Shown here in pieces: positions 8,193-18,187 of a DNA stretch of 44,154 nucleotides (position 1 is its first letter; every line of letters starts with the position of its first letter). Origin of the DNA: an uncultured Desulfobacterales bacterium. Its GTDB lineage: Bacteria; Desulfobacterota; Desulfobacteria; Desulfobacterales; JAFDCJ01. The position numbers and the translations under genes were made by a program. The stretch is taken from contig CAMYLH010000001.1 of the NCBI GenBank assembly GCA_947259065.1, forward strand, positions 1-44,154, written 5' to 3'. Below the pieces are notes generated by a model, which saw nothing but the letters and a program-made list of their open reading frames with translations, ran no database searches and was not told the origin of the DNA.

Positions 8193-10430
8193 TTGAGACA
8201 ACTCAGCACTGCGGAAGCCTCGTTTCTTGTTGCGGAATCACCTAACACCCCCATGCATATGAGCGGGATGATAATCGTTGATCCATCGACCGCTCCGGAT
8301 GGTTTTAGTTGCGAGTCAGCGCGAAAGGTTATAAAATCTCGATTGAGTTTATTAAAAACATCCCGCGATCGACTCGTGACTGTCCCGTTTAAACTTGATC
8401 TTCCATATATGGCAATGGATCCCGAATTTGACCTCGATTACCACCTTCAATATGTGCCCTTGCCCAAGCCGGGCGACTGGGAACAATTATTGGCACTGTT
8501 TAATAGATTGATTAGAAAGCCTCTCGATCTGAATCGACCTTTATGGGAATTATACATGGTCAAGGATCTGGATAATGTAGCGGATGTTCCAAAAGGATCC
8601 GTGGCCCTCATCCAAAAGATACATCATTCCATTATTGATAGACGCTCGGGAAAGGGTATTTTTTCCGTGATTTTTGACCTGGAACCGAGAGCCGAAAATA
8701 CCCCCGTTGAAAAGGAACCCTGGGAAGTTGACCGAATTCCAAGTGATTTTGAGCTGTTGGCCAGATCCTATTTTTCATTGATTTTTCAACCTTTCAAATC
8801 AACCAGACTTTTTGCTGACACTGCCAAATCATTTTTTCATGCAGGTGCTAAACTGGTTATTGATCAGGTAGGGCTCCCGCCTTTTTCTTCTACAGCTCCG
8901 AAGACATTATTTAACGGCAGGGTTTGCCGAAATCGCAATATTTCGGTAAAAATGTTTTCACTGGATACTATCAAGAATGTTAAGAAGGCTATCCCGGGAT
9001 CGACTGTCAACGATGTGGTGCTGGCGATTTGCGGAGGGGCCATGCGACGATACCTGATGAAACAAGGGGGACTACCTCATAAGCCTTTAATCGCAACGGC
9101 GCCGATTTCGATTCGGTCCGGTAAAAAAAAAGGGGAAAAAGGCAAGCAGATGGCCAGCGCTCTTGTTTCACTGGCAACGAACTTAAATGCTCCCATGGAA
9201 CGGTTTAACGCGATTTATAAGAGCATCAGAGAATCCAAGGCATACCATAAGGCTATCGATGCTGATATTCTCACGGACTACAACCAATACAGTCCATTTG
9301 CGATTGCAACGCTTGCATCGCGGTTTGCGGCTCAAACCGCTCCGGCAAGCCGGTTTGCATCTCATTCTAATTTAATGATAGCCAATGTTCCCGGACCACA
9401 GGTTCCCATCTACTTTGCAGGTGCAAAGGCTTTATTCACTATCGGATCTTCACCGATTTTGCAGGGGAACGGACCGGTTATCAATGTCCAAAGCTACCTT
9501 GGCCAAATGACATTTTGCACCACCTCTTGTCCTGACACAATGCCGAATGCGAAAACTTTCCCCGCCTGTCTCCAGGAGGAGCTTGATGCGCTTCTTACGG
9601 CGGTTGCCGGTTCCAGGTCCCGAAAATCGGCAAAACCGATTGAAACTATTTACGAACCTGTTTCCAAGGTGCTCGTCAAACCTCCCTCAAAAACGCTTTT
9701 GATGCTTGAATTCGCGCGAACACCTTGGGAGATGGGTGCTCACTACTTTGCGCGACCTATCTTGTCGCTGGCCCCAAAAGGAGATGGTCATATGGTGATG
9801 GCTATTCCGGGTTTTCTGGCGAATGATCTAACCACTAAAGCAATGCGAATGTATCTGAATAGATGCGGTTACAAAACATCCGGTTGGAAGCAGGGAACGA
9901 ATTATGGCTATTCCGACGAAGTCGGTGGGGACTTGGTGTGGCGGATTTCCAGGCTATTTGAAAAACACGGAAAAATCAGCCTTGTCGGACAAAGCCTTGG
10001 CGGGGTCTATGCTTGCGAATTGGCTCGGATGTACCCGCATATGGTCAGATTTGTAATCACGCTCGGAAGCCCATATGCAGACATTGAGAATGCCAGTAAT
10101 GTAATGTGGCTTTATAACCGCATCAATGGAAAGGACCATGGCAAAAGGTTTGACTATCAACCGCAAAGGTGTCAAATTCCGCCGCCGGTACCGACCACGT
10201 CAATCTATTCAAAAACCGATGGCATAATCACCTGGCGAAGTTCAAATATTGATAAACATAATAATGGTCAATGCGAGAGCGTTGAGATATTGGGAAGTCA
10301 CATCGGCATGTCATTTAACCCCCATTCGCTCTGGGTGGTGGCAAATCGCCTGGCCCAGCCGGAAGATGACTGGCAACCGTTTGAACCCACTGGTCGTGAG
10401 AAATACTTTTATCGTAACCGTTCACGGTGA
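8193..10430 (+). CDS. WS/DGAT domain fused to alpha/beta-hydrolase (lipase/esterase)
   Basis: N-terminal PLWE, HHSIIDR, TVNDV, NVPGP; C-terminal PGF oxyanion motif, GQSLGG, SKTDG, SHIG; RBS GGAGG. Confidence 0.9.
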   Translation: MRQLSTAEASFLVAESPNTPMHMSGMIIVDPSTAPDGFSCESARKVIKSRLSLLKTSRDRLVTVPFKLDLPYMAMDPEFDLDYHLQYVPLPKPGDWEQLLALFNRLIRKPLDLNRPLWELYMVKDLDNVADVPKGSVALIQKIHHSIIDRRSGKGIFSVIFDLEPRAENTPVEKEPWEVDRIPSDFELLARSYFSLIFQPFKSTRLFADTAKSFFHAGAKLVIDQVGLPPFSSTAPKTLFNGRVCRNRNISVKMFSLDTIKNVKKAIPGSTVNDVVLAICGGAMRRYLMKQGGLPHKPLIATAPISIRSGKKKGEKGKQMASALVSLATNLNAPMERFNAIYKSIRESKAYHKAIDADILTDYNQYSPFAIATLASRFAAQTAPASRFASHSNLMIANVPGPQVPIYFAGAKALFTIGSSPILQGNGPVINVQSYLGQMTFCTTSCPDTMPNAKTFPACLQEELDALLTAVAGSRSRKSAKPIETIYEPVSKVLVKPPSKTLLMLEFARTPWEMGAHYFARPILSLAPKGDGHMVMAIPGFLANDLTTKAMRMYLNRCGYKTSGWKQGTNYGYSDEVGGDLVWRISRLFEKHGKISLVGQSLGGVYACELARMYPHMVRFVITLGSPYADIENASNVMWLYNRINGKDHGKRFDYQPQRCQIPPPVPTTSIYSKTDGIITWRSSNIDKHNNGQCESVEILGSHIGMSFNPHSLWVVANRLAQPEDDWQPFEPTGREKYFYRNRSR

Positions 10431-10460
10431 ATGCTGAACCGGTGAACACTTAAAAAAGCC

Positions 10461-10489
10461 TTGACAATATAACGCAATGCGTTATATTG
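10461..10489 (+). promoter_or_regulatory. Sigma70 promoter overlapped by a perfect 12-bp inverted repeat (operator)
   Basis: TTGACA-N16-TATATT; CAATATAACGCA-A-TGCGTTATATTG at 10465-10489. Confidence 0.85.
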
Positions 10490-10568
10490 AACTTATGGTT
10501 GCCCCACAAAAAATGGATTCAATGGCACGTGCAAGGAAAGCGGCTGAAGGCTTTGATCGGAGGAAGTT

Positions 10569-11207
10569 ATGCACAAAATTAAACGATATGCCAATCGCAA
10601 ACTCTACGATACTACAGATAAAAATTACATCACGCTGGACCAGATTTCAGGGTTGATCAAGGCAGGTCAAGAGATCACCGTGGTCGACAACCAGACGGGT
10701 GAGGACCTGACATCAACAACTATTTCCCAAATCCTGGCCCGGGATAAAAAAATGAAAAACGGCGATGTGGTGTCCAGTGTCTTGATCCAGTTGCTTCGAA
10801 AGGGTGGGGGGACCCTGGTTGACTATGGCAAGAAGTACGTTTCACTATGGGAGAGTGGGCTGACCTTGGCCGAGGATGAAATCGATAGATTGGTCAACCG
10901 ACTGGTCAAAGACCAAGAACTTTCCGAATCCGAGGGCAGTAAACTTAAGAAAGACATTTCGAGCCGCGCCGACGACTTAAAGAAATGGATAGGGGAAAAA
11001 ATTGATCAACGAATCAATCACACCCTTAACCTAATGAACCTTGCCACCAAGGAACAGGTGGCCAATCTCACAACCAAAATCGACTCTTTGACCAAAAAAG
11101 TGGAAAAATTAGAAAGACTTAACAATAAGAAGGTCAAAAAGCCGAATTCTAAAGTCACGGAATTGAAAAAGAAAGGCAAATCGGTCCAAAAAGAAAAGAA
11201 CGTGTAA
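10569..11207 (+). CDS. PhaR-type DNA-binding domain fused to phasin-like helical region
   Basis: IKRYANRKLYDT...YITL...TGEDLT is the PhaR N-terminal signature; the C-terminal LATKEQV..L..KID.L coiled coil and Lys-rich tail are phasin-like. Confidence 0.85.
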   Translation: MHKIKRYANRKLYDTTDKNYITLDQISGLIKAGQEITVVDNQTGEDLTSTTISQILARDKKMKNGDVVSSVLIQLLRKGGGTLVDYGKKYVSLWESGLTLAEDEIDRLVNRLVKDQELSESEGSKLKKDISSRADDLKKWIGEKIDQRINHTLNLMNLATKEQVANLTTKIDSLTKKVEKLERLNNKKVKKPNSKVTELKKKGKSVQKEKNV

Positions 11208-11227
11208 GCGGAGGAAAAAACAACGGC

Positions 11228-12861
11228 ATGAATCACCCGGAACCGACCGTATCAGGCGGAATTGTATCTTTAACGAGCAATTTCCTTAATGTGTTGACAC
11301 CCATCAATGGCCACAAACCAAGCGTCACTGTCATGCGCCATCGGACGATGGATCTCCTCAAACAGGCTAAATCCCGCGGGACCCTGGACCATACTGTTCG
11401 CCAAATGGTGCTTTTGACCGGTCTGCAAAACTTTTTACCAGCCTCGTATGCCAAGTTTCAGGCCGTAGTGCTGGAAGGCATGATTTTTATGATGTCGGGA
11501 TTGCCCCTGACAAGGTTGGCCGAAAAAATCGTAGATCAGCTTGGCCTTCCCCATTCCGCCCCTTTAGGTGAGAGGTTGTATACTCTGGTAAAGGATATGC
11601 CGACGTTGCAGAAGCTTGGCCAGATAATCTGCCGAAGCCCCGGTTTGGACCCGGAATTCAAACAAGCGCTGATCGGGTTGGAGGACAACATAAAAACCGT
11701 TACCTACGGCCGGCTACAGCCGGTATTAGCCAAAGAAATAAAATCGCTCGGCCCTGATTGCGGCGTCATTCCGGAGAAACGGATTCTGGCCGAGGCAAGT
11801 GTCTGCGCGGTTGTTCCGGCTCAAGTGCGTCTTCGCAAAGGGAGACGGACCTTGGAGGGCGTCCTTAAGATGGTGAAGCCCAAGGTCAAAAGATACATGC
11901 CTGGCGAACTGGTATTATTAGACCGCCTCGTCAGGTTTTTGGATAGACGCCAAAAAGACTGGGGACTGGGAGAATTCAGTTTCAACGAAATTTGGATACG
12001 GCCCGAACCTATTATGGCTCGGATGCCACACTGGCCATACCTGAAAGATTGCCCGCATCGTCCCCGTCCATGACCGCCATGTCCCGAATCGATGGCACCA
12101 AAATTACGGATGTGGAACATCTTTCGCCAAGGCAAAGGCGACGCTTGGCCACAACCCTGGCCAAAATCTGCATTCTGCGGCCTATTCAGGATATGAGGAG
12201 CGAAAGTATCTTTCACGGTGATCCCCACGCCGGAAACTTGGCCTATAACTTCGAAGGCAAACGCCCCAAGATCATATTTTACGACTGGGGGATGCTCGGC
12301 CGTTTGCAGAGACTGGAACGCTTTACCATGGCGCTTTTGACCTTGGGACTTATCCTGGGCAACGCTAAGGCGGTTTTTTACGCGGCGGACATGATTACCA
12401 AAGGCCAGATTTCGTCGAGCAAAGCCATGAGTGCTAAGATCAAGGCGATCATTGAGGAGGCCATAACCAACCTTAAAGGACCGGATATGGGGGTTCTTTC
12501 GATCATTGAGTTTCTGTTTGAGAAATTTACCTACCAGGGGGTCATCTTCTCCGCCGACCTGTTGCTGTATGAGAAGGCCTTGGTAACGCTAAAAGGGGTG
12601 TTGGCCGACATCGATCCCACCTTCAATCGGGATGATTATATGGTCTGGGCCGCCATTACCACCTTTTTGGATGATGTCATTCGGTTGCGCCTCCTCAAGT
12701 TGGTCATGAAAGATATCTGGGCCCTATATCGGCACAGTTTATTCCTATTCCTGGATATTCAAAAAATTATTTTTGGGTTTGTTAGGGACGTTGCAGTCTT
12801 GGGGAAAAAGCTGCCGCGTGTCTTTTCAAGTAATGGCAGTCAAAAATCTTGTAAAATATGA
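11228..12861 (+). pseudogene. ABC1/UbiB (AarF) atypical kinase, split by frameshift near 11986-11991
   Basis: Frame 1 has KLGQ, AEASV, VLK; frame 2 has HGDPHAGN, DWGM; the linking Glu-containing helix is absent. Confidence 0.85.
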
Positions 12862-13016
12862 TGTCAATATAAAATGTAGATACAACATTTTTTCATTTCA
12901 CTGGGGCCCTGTGGCTTACCAAGAGGATGGCCGCAAAAAACACTGTGATTCTCTCCGAGCTGTGGGCTCTGCGAGCCGGAGGCCAATAGATTGTATAAAT
13001 TCCGATACATTTTAAA

Positions 13017-13400
13017 TTATTTGAGCTGATGAACATGGCAGTAGTCAGAACCGGCAATAGCGTTTTTCTTGCATTGATCGCCACTTTTGGTTGTAGCTTC
13101 ACATTGTTTGGGGGTTGAATCTTTTAAGTCCTTGGTTCCCCGATCCTTTTCTATTGTTTTTAATAATTCAGCTGCGATTTCGCCTACCTTCTGATTCACA
13201 GTTCGAATGAATTCATACATATTGCCAATCGTTTCATTCTGAAAATCTTCTAATCTTCCCACAGCAGCGCCGGAAAGCTTAATTTTTTTCAGCATTTCAA
13301 CCGGCTGTTTTGCAAGTGATTTGTGAATTTGTTCAACGCTTGTCGCACCATTATCAATTGCCTCTTGAACCAGATCTTTTAATTCTTGTAATTTCTTCAT
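13017..13400 (-). CDS. Small helical protein with C-terminal CCCH motif
   Basis: RBS GAGGAGG; amphipathic helices followed by QCEATTKSGDQCKKNAIAGSDYCHVH. Confidence 0.85.
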   Translation of the reverse strand: MKKLQELKDLVQEAIDNGATSVEQIHKSLAKQPVEMLKKIKLSGAAVGRLEDFQNETIGNMYEFIRTVNQKVGEIAAELLKTIEKDRGTKDLKDSTPKQCEATTKSGDQCKKNAIAGSDYCHVHQLK

Positions 13401-13462
13401 AATTCCTCCTCTAAAGTAGTAGTATTTACACGTTAAGCGTTCATAGGTTCAAATCAGCTTCC

Positions 13463-15115
13463 CTATATGGAAAGGCGAAACTCCTCAAGCATATCGAACG
13501 AATCGTCGAGGGAGAGAACATCTAAAAGCATGGTGCGCATATTTTCGGGCATTTCATTTTCATACCGAGCAAAGTCTTCCATAAACTTTCTTGCCAGCTG
13601 AACAGCCCGCAATTCGTATTCTCCCTGGTCTTTGGCCATCCTGCGAGGATTGAGAATTGCCGCCGGCACTCCCGGGCATTCTTTTGGTATTTCAAATGAA
13701 AAGACAGGATCGGTTTCGTAGGCCACATCGTTCAGTTGGCCGGAAACAGCTGCGTAGACCAATTTACGGGTTTGTGCGATTTTTATCCGCTCTCCGCCGC
13801 CCCTGGGTTCGCCCAGCCACCCGGTATTGAGAAGCCAGCAGGAGACGTTATGTTTTTTGATCTTTCCCATCAGCAGGTTTCCGTAGACATGTGCCGGCAA
13901 TGTCAATGCTGAGGCGCCAAAGCAGGTGTCAAACCGGATATCGGTTTCGACGGGACCGGATTCGGTTTCAATGAATCTTGATGTATAGCCGGATAAAAAG
14001 GCATAGACCGCAAGTTCCGGTGAAAGGCGGGCAATCGGCGGCATGACCCCCAGGGCGTCGCAGGTGAGCAGGAAGATATTCCGAGGGTGATCACAGACAC
14101 CTTCAACAACTGCATTCGGAATGTGGGTATCCGGATAAACAGCTCTGGTATTATCCGTCAGGGCGTCATCGTTCAGATCCACCCGCCGGGTTTCCAAATC
14201 GATGGATACATTTTCCAAAATACTGCCGAATTTTCGGGTGCATGCAAAAATTTCCGGTTCTTCTTCTTTTGAAATTTTCAAAACCCTGGCATAGGAACCC
14301 CGTTCAAAATCAAATAAGCCCTTGTCACTCCAGCCGTGTGCATGATCGCCAATAAGTCTTCGCTCCGGATCCACCGCAAGGGTTGTCTTTCCGGTTCCGC
14401 CCCGGCCCAGAAAGATGGCCACATCCCCATCCGGCCCTATATTCGCTGAACAGCGCAAGGGAAAAACAGACTCCAGAGGGAGAAGATAATTGAGAATGGT
14501 AAAAACTACCTGCCTGATCTCACCGCCATAGTGGGTGCCGCAGATAAATGCCGCTTTCTGTCCCAGGCTGACGATGACGAAAGCGGAAGAACCAGTGCCG
14601 TCCACCTCCGGCATGGCATGGAATCCGGGAATATGAACAACCGTAAAATCCGGATCATATGCTTCAAAGTCTACAGCATCCTGAATCGGAAGGAACATAT
14701 TTCGCACAAAAAGATTGTGCCAGGCTGTTTCTGTTATAAATCGAATGGAGGTCCGATAATCCGGATCACGGCCGGCATAACAATACTGAACATAAACTTC
14801 CTTGTTTTGCATGTAAGCAAGGAGACGATACAGCAAATTATTAAACCGCTCTTCGGATATGGGCCTATTCTCATCACCCCAGGACACTTTTTCTTCACTG
14901 GCAGGTTCTTTTACGATGAATTTATCCGTCAGAGACCGTTCCGCAAAATCTCCTGTCCGCACGACAACCGGTCCCATATGGGAGACCTGCCCTTCTCGAT
15001 TCTTGATGATTTGTTCATACAACAGAGGCGTGGGAAGATTTCTGTGAACGACTTTAAGGTACTTACGCCCAATGGCGACAAAATCCGGAATACCATCTTT
15101 TCTATCGATTAACAT
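13463..15115 (-). CDS. ATP-dependent PEP carboxykinase homolog with degenerate metal site
   Basis: Full-length PckA fold motifs (AWHNLF, CSAN, GTGKTTL, HGW, NTR, NTGW), but GEIRQ, LRCSAN, GDHAH replace GEMKK, MHCSAN, GDDEH. Confidence 0.9.
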   Translation of the reverse strand: MLIDRKDGIPDFVAIGRKYLKVVHRNLPTPLLYEQIIKNREGQVSHMGPVVVRTGDFAERSLTDKFIVKEPASEEKVSWGDENRPISEERFNNLLYRLLAYMQNKEVYVQYCYAGRDPDYRTSIRFITETAWHNLFVRNMFLPIQDAVDFEAYDPDFTVVHIPGFHAMPEVDGTGSSAFVIVSLGQKAAFICGTHYGGEIRQVVFTILNYLLPLESVFPLRCSANIGPDGDVAIFLGRGGTGKTTLAVDPERRLIGDHAHGWSDKGLFDFERGSYARVLKISKEEEPEIFACTRKFGSILENVSIDLETRRVDLNDDALTDNTRAVYPDTHIPNAVVEGVCDHPRNIFLLTCDALGVMPPIARLSPELAVYAFLSGYTSRFIETESGPVETDIRFDTCFGASALTLPAHVYGNLLMGKIKKHNVSCWLLNTGWLGEPRGGGERIKIAQTRKLVYAAVSGQLNDVAYETDPVFSFEIPKECPGVPAAILNPRRMAKDQGEYELRAVQLARKFMEDFARYENEMPENMRTMLLDVLSLDDSFDMLEEFRLSI

Positions 15116-15204
15116 GACAACTCCTCTTTAGGTAGTGTCCGTTGTTCGTTATCGGTTGGTAGTTGTTTTCGTATTCACAACTAAGAGGCTCCAAACCATC
15201 CCAC

Positions 15205-17397
15205 TCACCGAATAGCACCACTGGAAGTGAGAGCATAAATAACCAGTTTTTGCATCATCTTCTCTTTTCCGGTGGTTGGATGATCCAGTTGCATTCTTTG
15301 AAGATAAGGTTTTGCTTTTTCCGGTACGGATCTTATCGTCATGGCTTTGCCAAAACTCGATGCCTTGCCGCCCAGACCTTCAGCCATTTTTTCTTTTAAC
15401 CCCCTGAGCGCCTTTCCGAGGGCGAGCTCTTCTTTTGTAAAATCAGTGCCAAAAGGAAAGGGCGGGAAAAGTCCTTTTTTCTTGAAAGGGGCCATATTTT
15501 TTTCAATCCGCTCAGGAAGATTATTTTTGAACTGTGTGGGGATTTGATAATCATCTGGAATCTTTTGAGCACTTTTTGCTTTTTGCAGCAATTCATCCTG
15601 GAATCTGGAATCAGTGATATTCAGCAAGGCCGCAATGACATCCTTGTCACTCTTGGCCCTCAGGTCGGCGATGCCGTATTCCGTGATAACAATGTCCCTT
15701 AAATGCTTGGGGATGGTTATATGCCCATATTTCCAGACGATATTTGAACTGACATCTTTCCCTTTTAACCTTGTACTCTTGACCATTAAAATCGAACGAC
15801 CATCCGGCAAGGCATGGGCCTGGGATACAAAATTGTACTGCCCCCCGACTCCGCTGACCATCTGGCCGCTTTCCAGCCCGTCCGAGCAAACCGCGCCCCT
15901 CAGTGTGGCCATGAGGCAGGCATTGACAAACCGGCCATGTCTTCTTTGCAGCAGTTTTAGTTCTTCGTCTCCGTACCGGTTTCCATAAAGCTGGTTCACG
16001 TTGAGAACGCTTGTCATGTGAATTTGCCGGCGTTCCTCGTCTGTCATATTGTTTAGTTCATCGTAAAAACGGTTGGGACCAAGGAAAAAGCCGCCGTGAA
16101 TAAGGATTCCTTTTTTCAGTTTTGTACCCAGGCAAGTTTTAACAACCTTATCCAGGTTCTTTTCATCGTTCAAATCAGCCGGAATATGGATCTTTCCTTT
16201 AATAATATGACTTTTCTCAAAGCGCAACGCTTCCTTGAAAATACCGAATTCCTGAAGAAGCTGAAAGTTTTCCCGGGTAAGTTTGGGTCTTACTGCCTTT
16301 TCTTCAAGCAACACGGTCAAGGTCCTAGGGGTTATCTTTTCCTTGATCTTGCCTTCGTTTATAAGTCTTTGAATATGTATATTATTATAAGTCTTTCGTT
16401 TCACAACACCGCATTTTAACAAATGCAGGTACCCGTCAACCAGCATCTCAGTCGACCCCACCAGTCCCTGTTTGAACTCCTCAACTCCGCCCACATTGTA
16501 TATGGTTTTGCTGAATTTATTCACAATTTCAGATTTCTTCAGCACGGCTTGATATTGATCGTTTTGCTGCTGCCGCAACTGCAAGCCGTAGCACAGTGCA
16601 TCCCCCAGGGAGCCGATGCCGATCTGAAGCGTACCCCCGTCTTTTATTAATGAGCTCGCATGAAGCCCGATCGCGTAATCCGTGGAGGTCACCGCCATTT
16701 TCGGGGCGCTGAACAACCTGAAGTTATAGTCGGGATGGTCCAGAATATCGGTAAAGAGCTCCGGTTCCACCACCGCGTCTCCATACATAAACGGCAGGTT
16801 CTGGTTGATTTGAGCGATAATGGCAATTTTTTTTCCTGCCTTTTCCAGATTTCTCATACCGTCGACCACGTCAAGGGTGACTTCCGGGTTGCAGCTCGTA
16901 CTGAAATAGGTCTTGTTATCCATCGTACCCTTGCAGACAATTTGGGCCACCACATTGACCTCGTTTATCAATATGTCTCTGTAGGCATGGGTATAATTGG
17001 AACTGATATAATTCTGCTGGACATGTCGGATTTTGAGGTATGCACCGGCCTTGGTGTAAAATTCCTTTACCTCGACATTTGACGGAAGCTCTCCTTTTCT
17101 GAGAGCTTTGACGTACTCTAAATCAATATACCCGCCAAAGACCCTTTCAATGAAGGGCTCTATAAACCTTCGCTCCAGCTCGGTGGTCGGTGTCGGTCTT
17201 TCCAGGGATAAGGCTGTAATTATGGTAAGATTCATACCCGAGTCTTCCTTGACGCGTCTATACAGTTCGTTTGCCACATGGTTTGCCTTCCCCAGCCCGA
17301 GCGGCATGCCAAGAACAATATTCTTGCCGACCCTTTTTATCACTTCATCAACACATTTCTCGACACTCTGATAAAAAAAGGGTTTATATTTGCTCAT
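15205..17397 (-). CDS. Long-form acetyl-CoA hydrolase/CoA-transferase family protein
   Basis: PLGLGK, TLQIGIG, STEML, GVGGQYNFV, TEYGIADLR; start moved to ATG 17397 after RBS GGAGG. Confidence 0.9.
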   Translation of the reverse strand: MSKYKPFFYQSVEKCVDEVIKRVGKNIVLGMPLGLGKANHVANELYRRVKEDSGMNLTIITALSLERPTPTTELERRFIEPFIERVFGGYIDLEYVKALRKGELPSNVEVKEFYTKAGAYLKIRHVQQNYISSNYTHAYRDILINEVNVVAQIVCKGTMDNKTYFSTSCNPEVTLDVVDGMRNLEKAGKKIAIIAQINQNLPFMYGDAVVEPELFTDILDHPDYNFRLFSAPKMAVTSTDYAIGLHASSLIKDGGTLQIGIGSLGDALCYGLQLRQQQNDQYQAVLKKSEIVNKFSKTIYNVGGVEEFKQGLVGSTEMLVDGYLHLLKCGVVKRKTYNNIHIQRLINEGKIKEKITPRTLTVLLEEKAVRPKLTRENFQLLQEFGIFKEALRFEKSHIIKGKIHIPADLNDEKNLDKVVKTCLGTKLKKGILIHGGFFLGPNRFYDELNNMTDEERRQIHMTSVLNVNQLYGNRYGDEELKLLQRRHGRFVNACLMATLRGAVCSDGLESGQMVSGVGGQYNFVSQAHALPDGRSILMVKSTRLKGKDVSSNIVWKYGHITIPKHLRDIVITEYGIADLRAKSDKDVIAALLNITDSRFQDELLQKAKSAQKIPDDYQIPTQFKNNLPERIEKNMAPFKKKGLFPPFPFGTDFTKEELALGKALRGLKEKMAEGLGGKASSFGKAMTIRSVPEKAKPYLQRMQLDHPTTGKEKMMQKLVIYALTSSGAIR

Positions 17398-17563
17398 AAA
17401 GTAACCTCCGAATCGATTTTCGGGTTTCGATGAATATGGATACACTGAGAATATTTACAAGATCTATTCGTAACAGAATCGGAATCGAATATCAACAAAA
17501 CTTCCCACGAATCCAGGGTGTCGTCAAAGTCATTACATCAATCATGTCTGGACAAAAATTGAC

Positions 17564-17629
17564 TCACGCAACGCCGCAACGACGCCACGCTGTCTATAAA
17601 TTTCGTTGCGTCGTAGCGTCGTAGCGTGA
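17564..17629. repeat. Imperfect hairpin built from 8-nt ACGC(A/T)ACG units
   Basis: Three units on the left arm mirrored by three CGT(A/T)GCGT units on the right. Confidence 0.65.
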
Positions 17630-17767
17630 AAATTTCATAATTTTACTAAAATAGTGGAATTTCAAAGTGATATGCGAAAGAATGACGTGGCCCTGCCCAC
17701 GAATCCGGGAAGTACTAAAAAACTTGTATGCCCTATATCTTTCTGTTAAAGTCTAACATACTCAATT

Positions 17768-18082
17768 GTGAAAATAACTTTTAACGAAGACCCAGTTACA
17801 GGTAACTTTTTATGACTGGCAGCCCTATATTCCCGCCATGATCCCATTCCTTTCATCATAAAATATACCCGAAGCTACAACCCTGCGATTTGGAAAATTC
17901 TTGATGACTGGGGAATCGGACGTCTGCCCCTTTATATTGAAAGGGAACGTGAATTCGTCAATATTTATCGAGGCCATGATATTGCAAGAAAGCTTTCTGA
18001 TGAAGAATTTGAAAAGCTTTTGAAGTTCACGCGCGCCGCCTTTGAAATGGCCCTTCATTTTATCTCTGAAGAAGGAACTTAG
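17768..18082 (+). CDS. Hypothetical 104-aa frame with one in-frame TGA (not in the ORF track)
   Basis: GTG-KITFNEDPVTGNFL-TGA(17813)-LAALYSRHDPIPFIIKYTRSYNPAIWKILDDWGIGRLPLY...EEGT-TAG. Confidence 0.45.
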
Positions 18083-18187
18083 CTGCCTGTGGCGGGACTT
18101 TTTCGACAGGATTAACAAGATTGTTTTCTATTTTTATCCTGAACATCCTGTCTCTAGGGATCGAAAATCATGGCTCCGCAATAGGTG

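Noticed and set aside
10523-10537. TGGCAC before the phaR-like gene
   Set aside because: No TTGC at -12
17825-18118. 97-aa minus-strand ORF
   Set aside because: No motifs or RBS; the plus-strand frame 17768-18082 looks more protein-like
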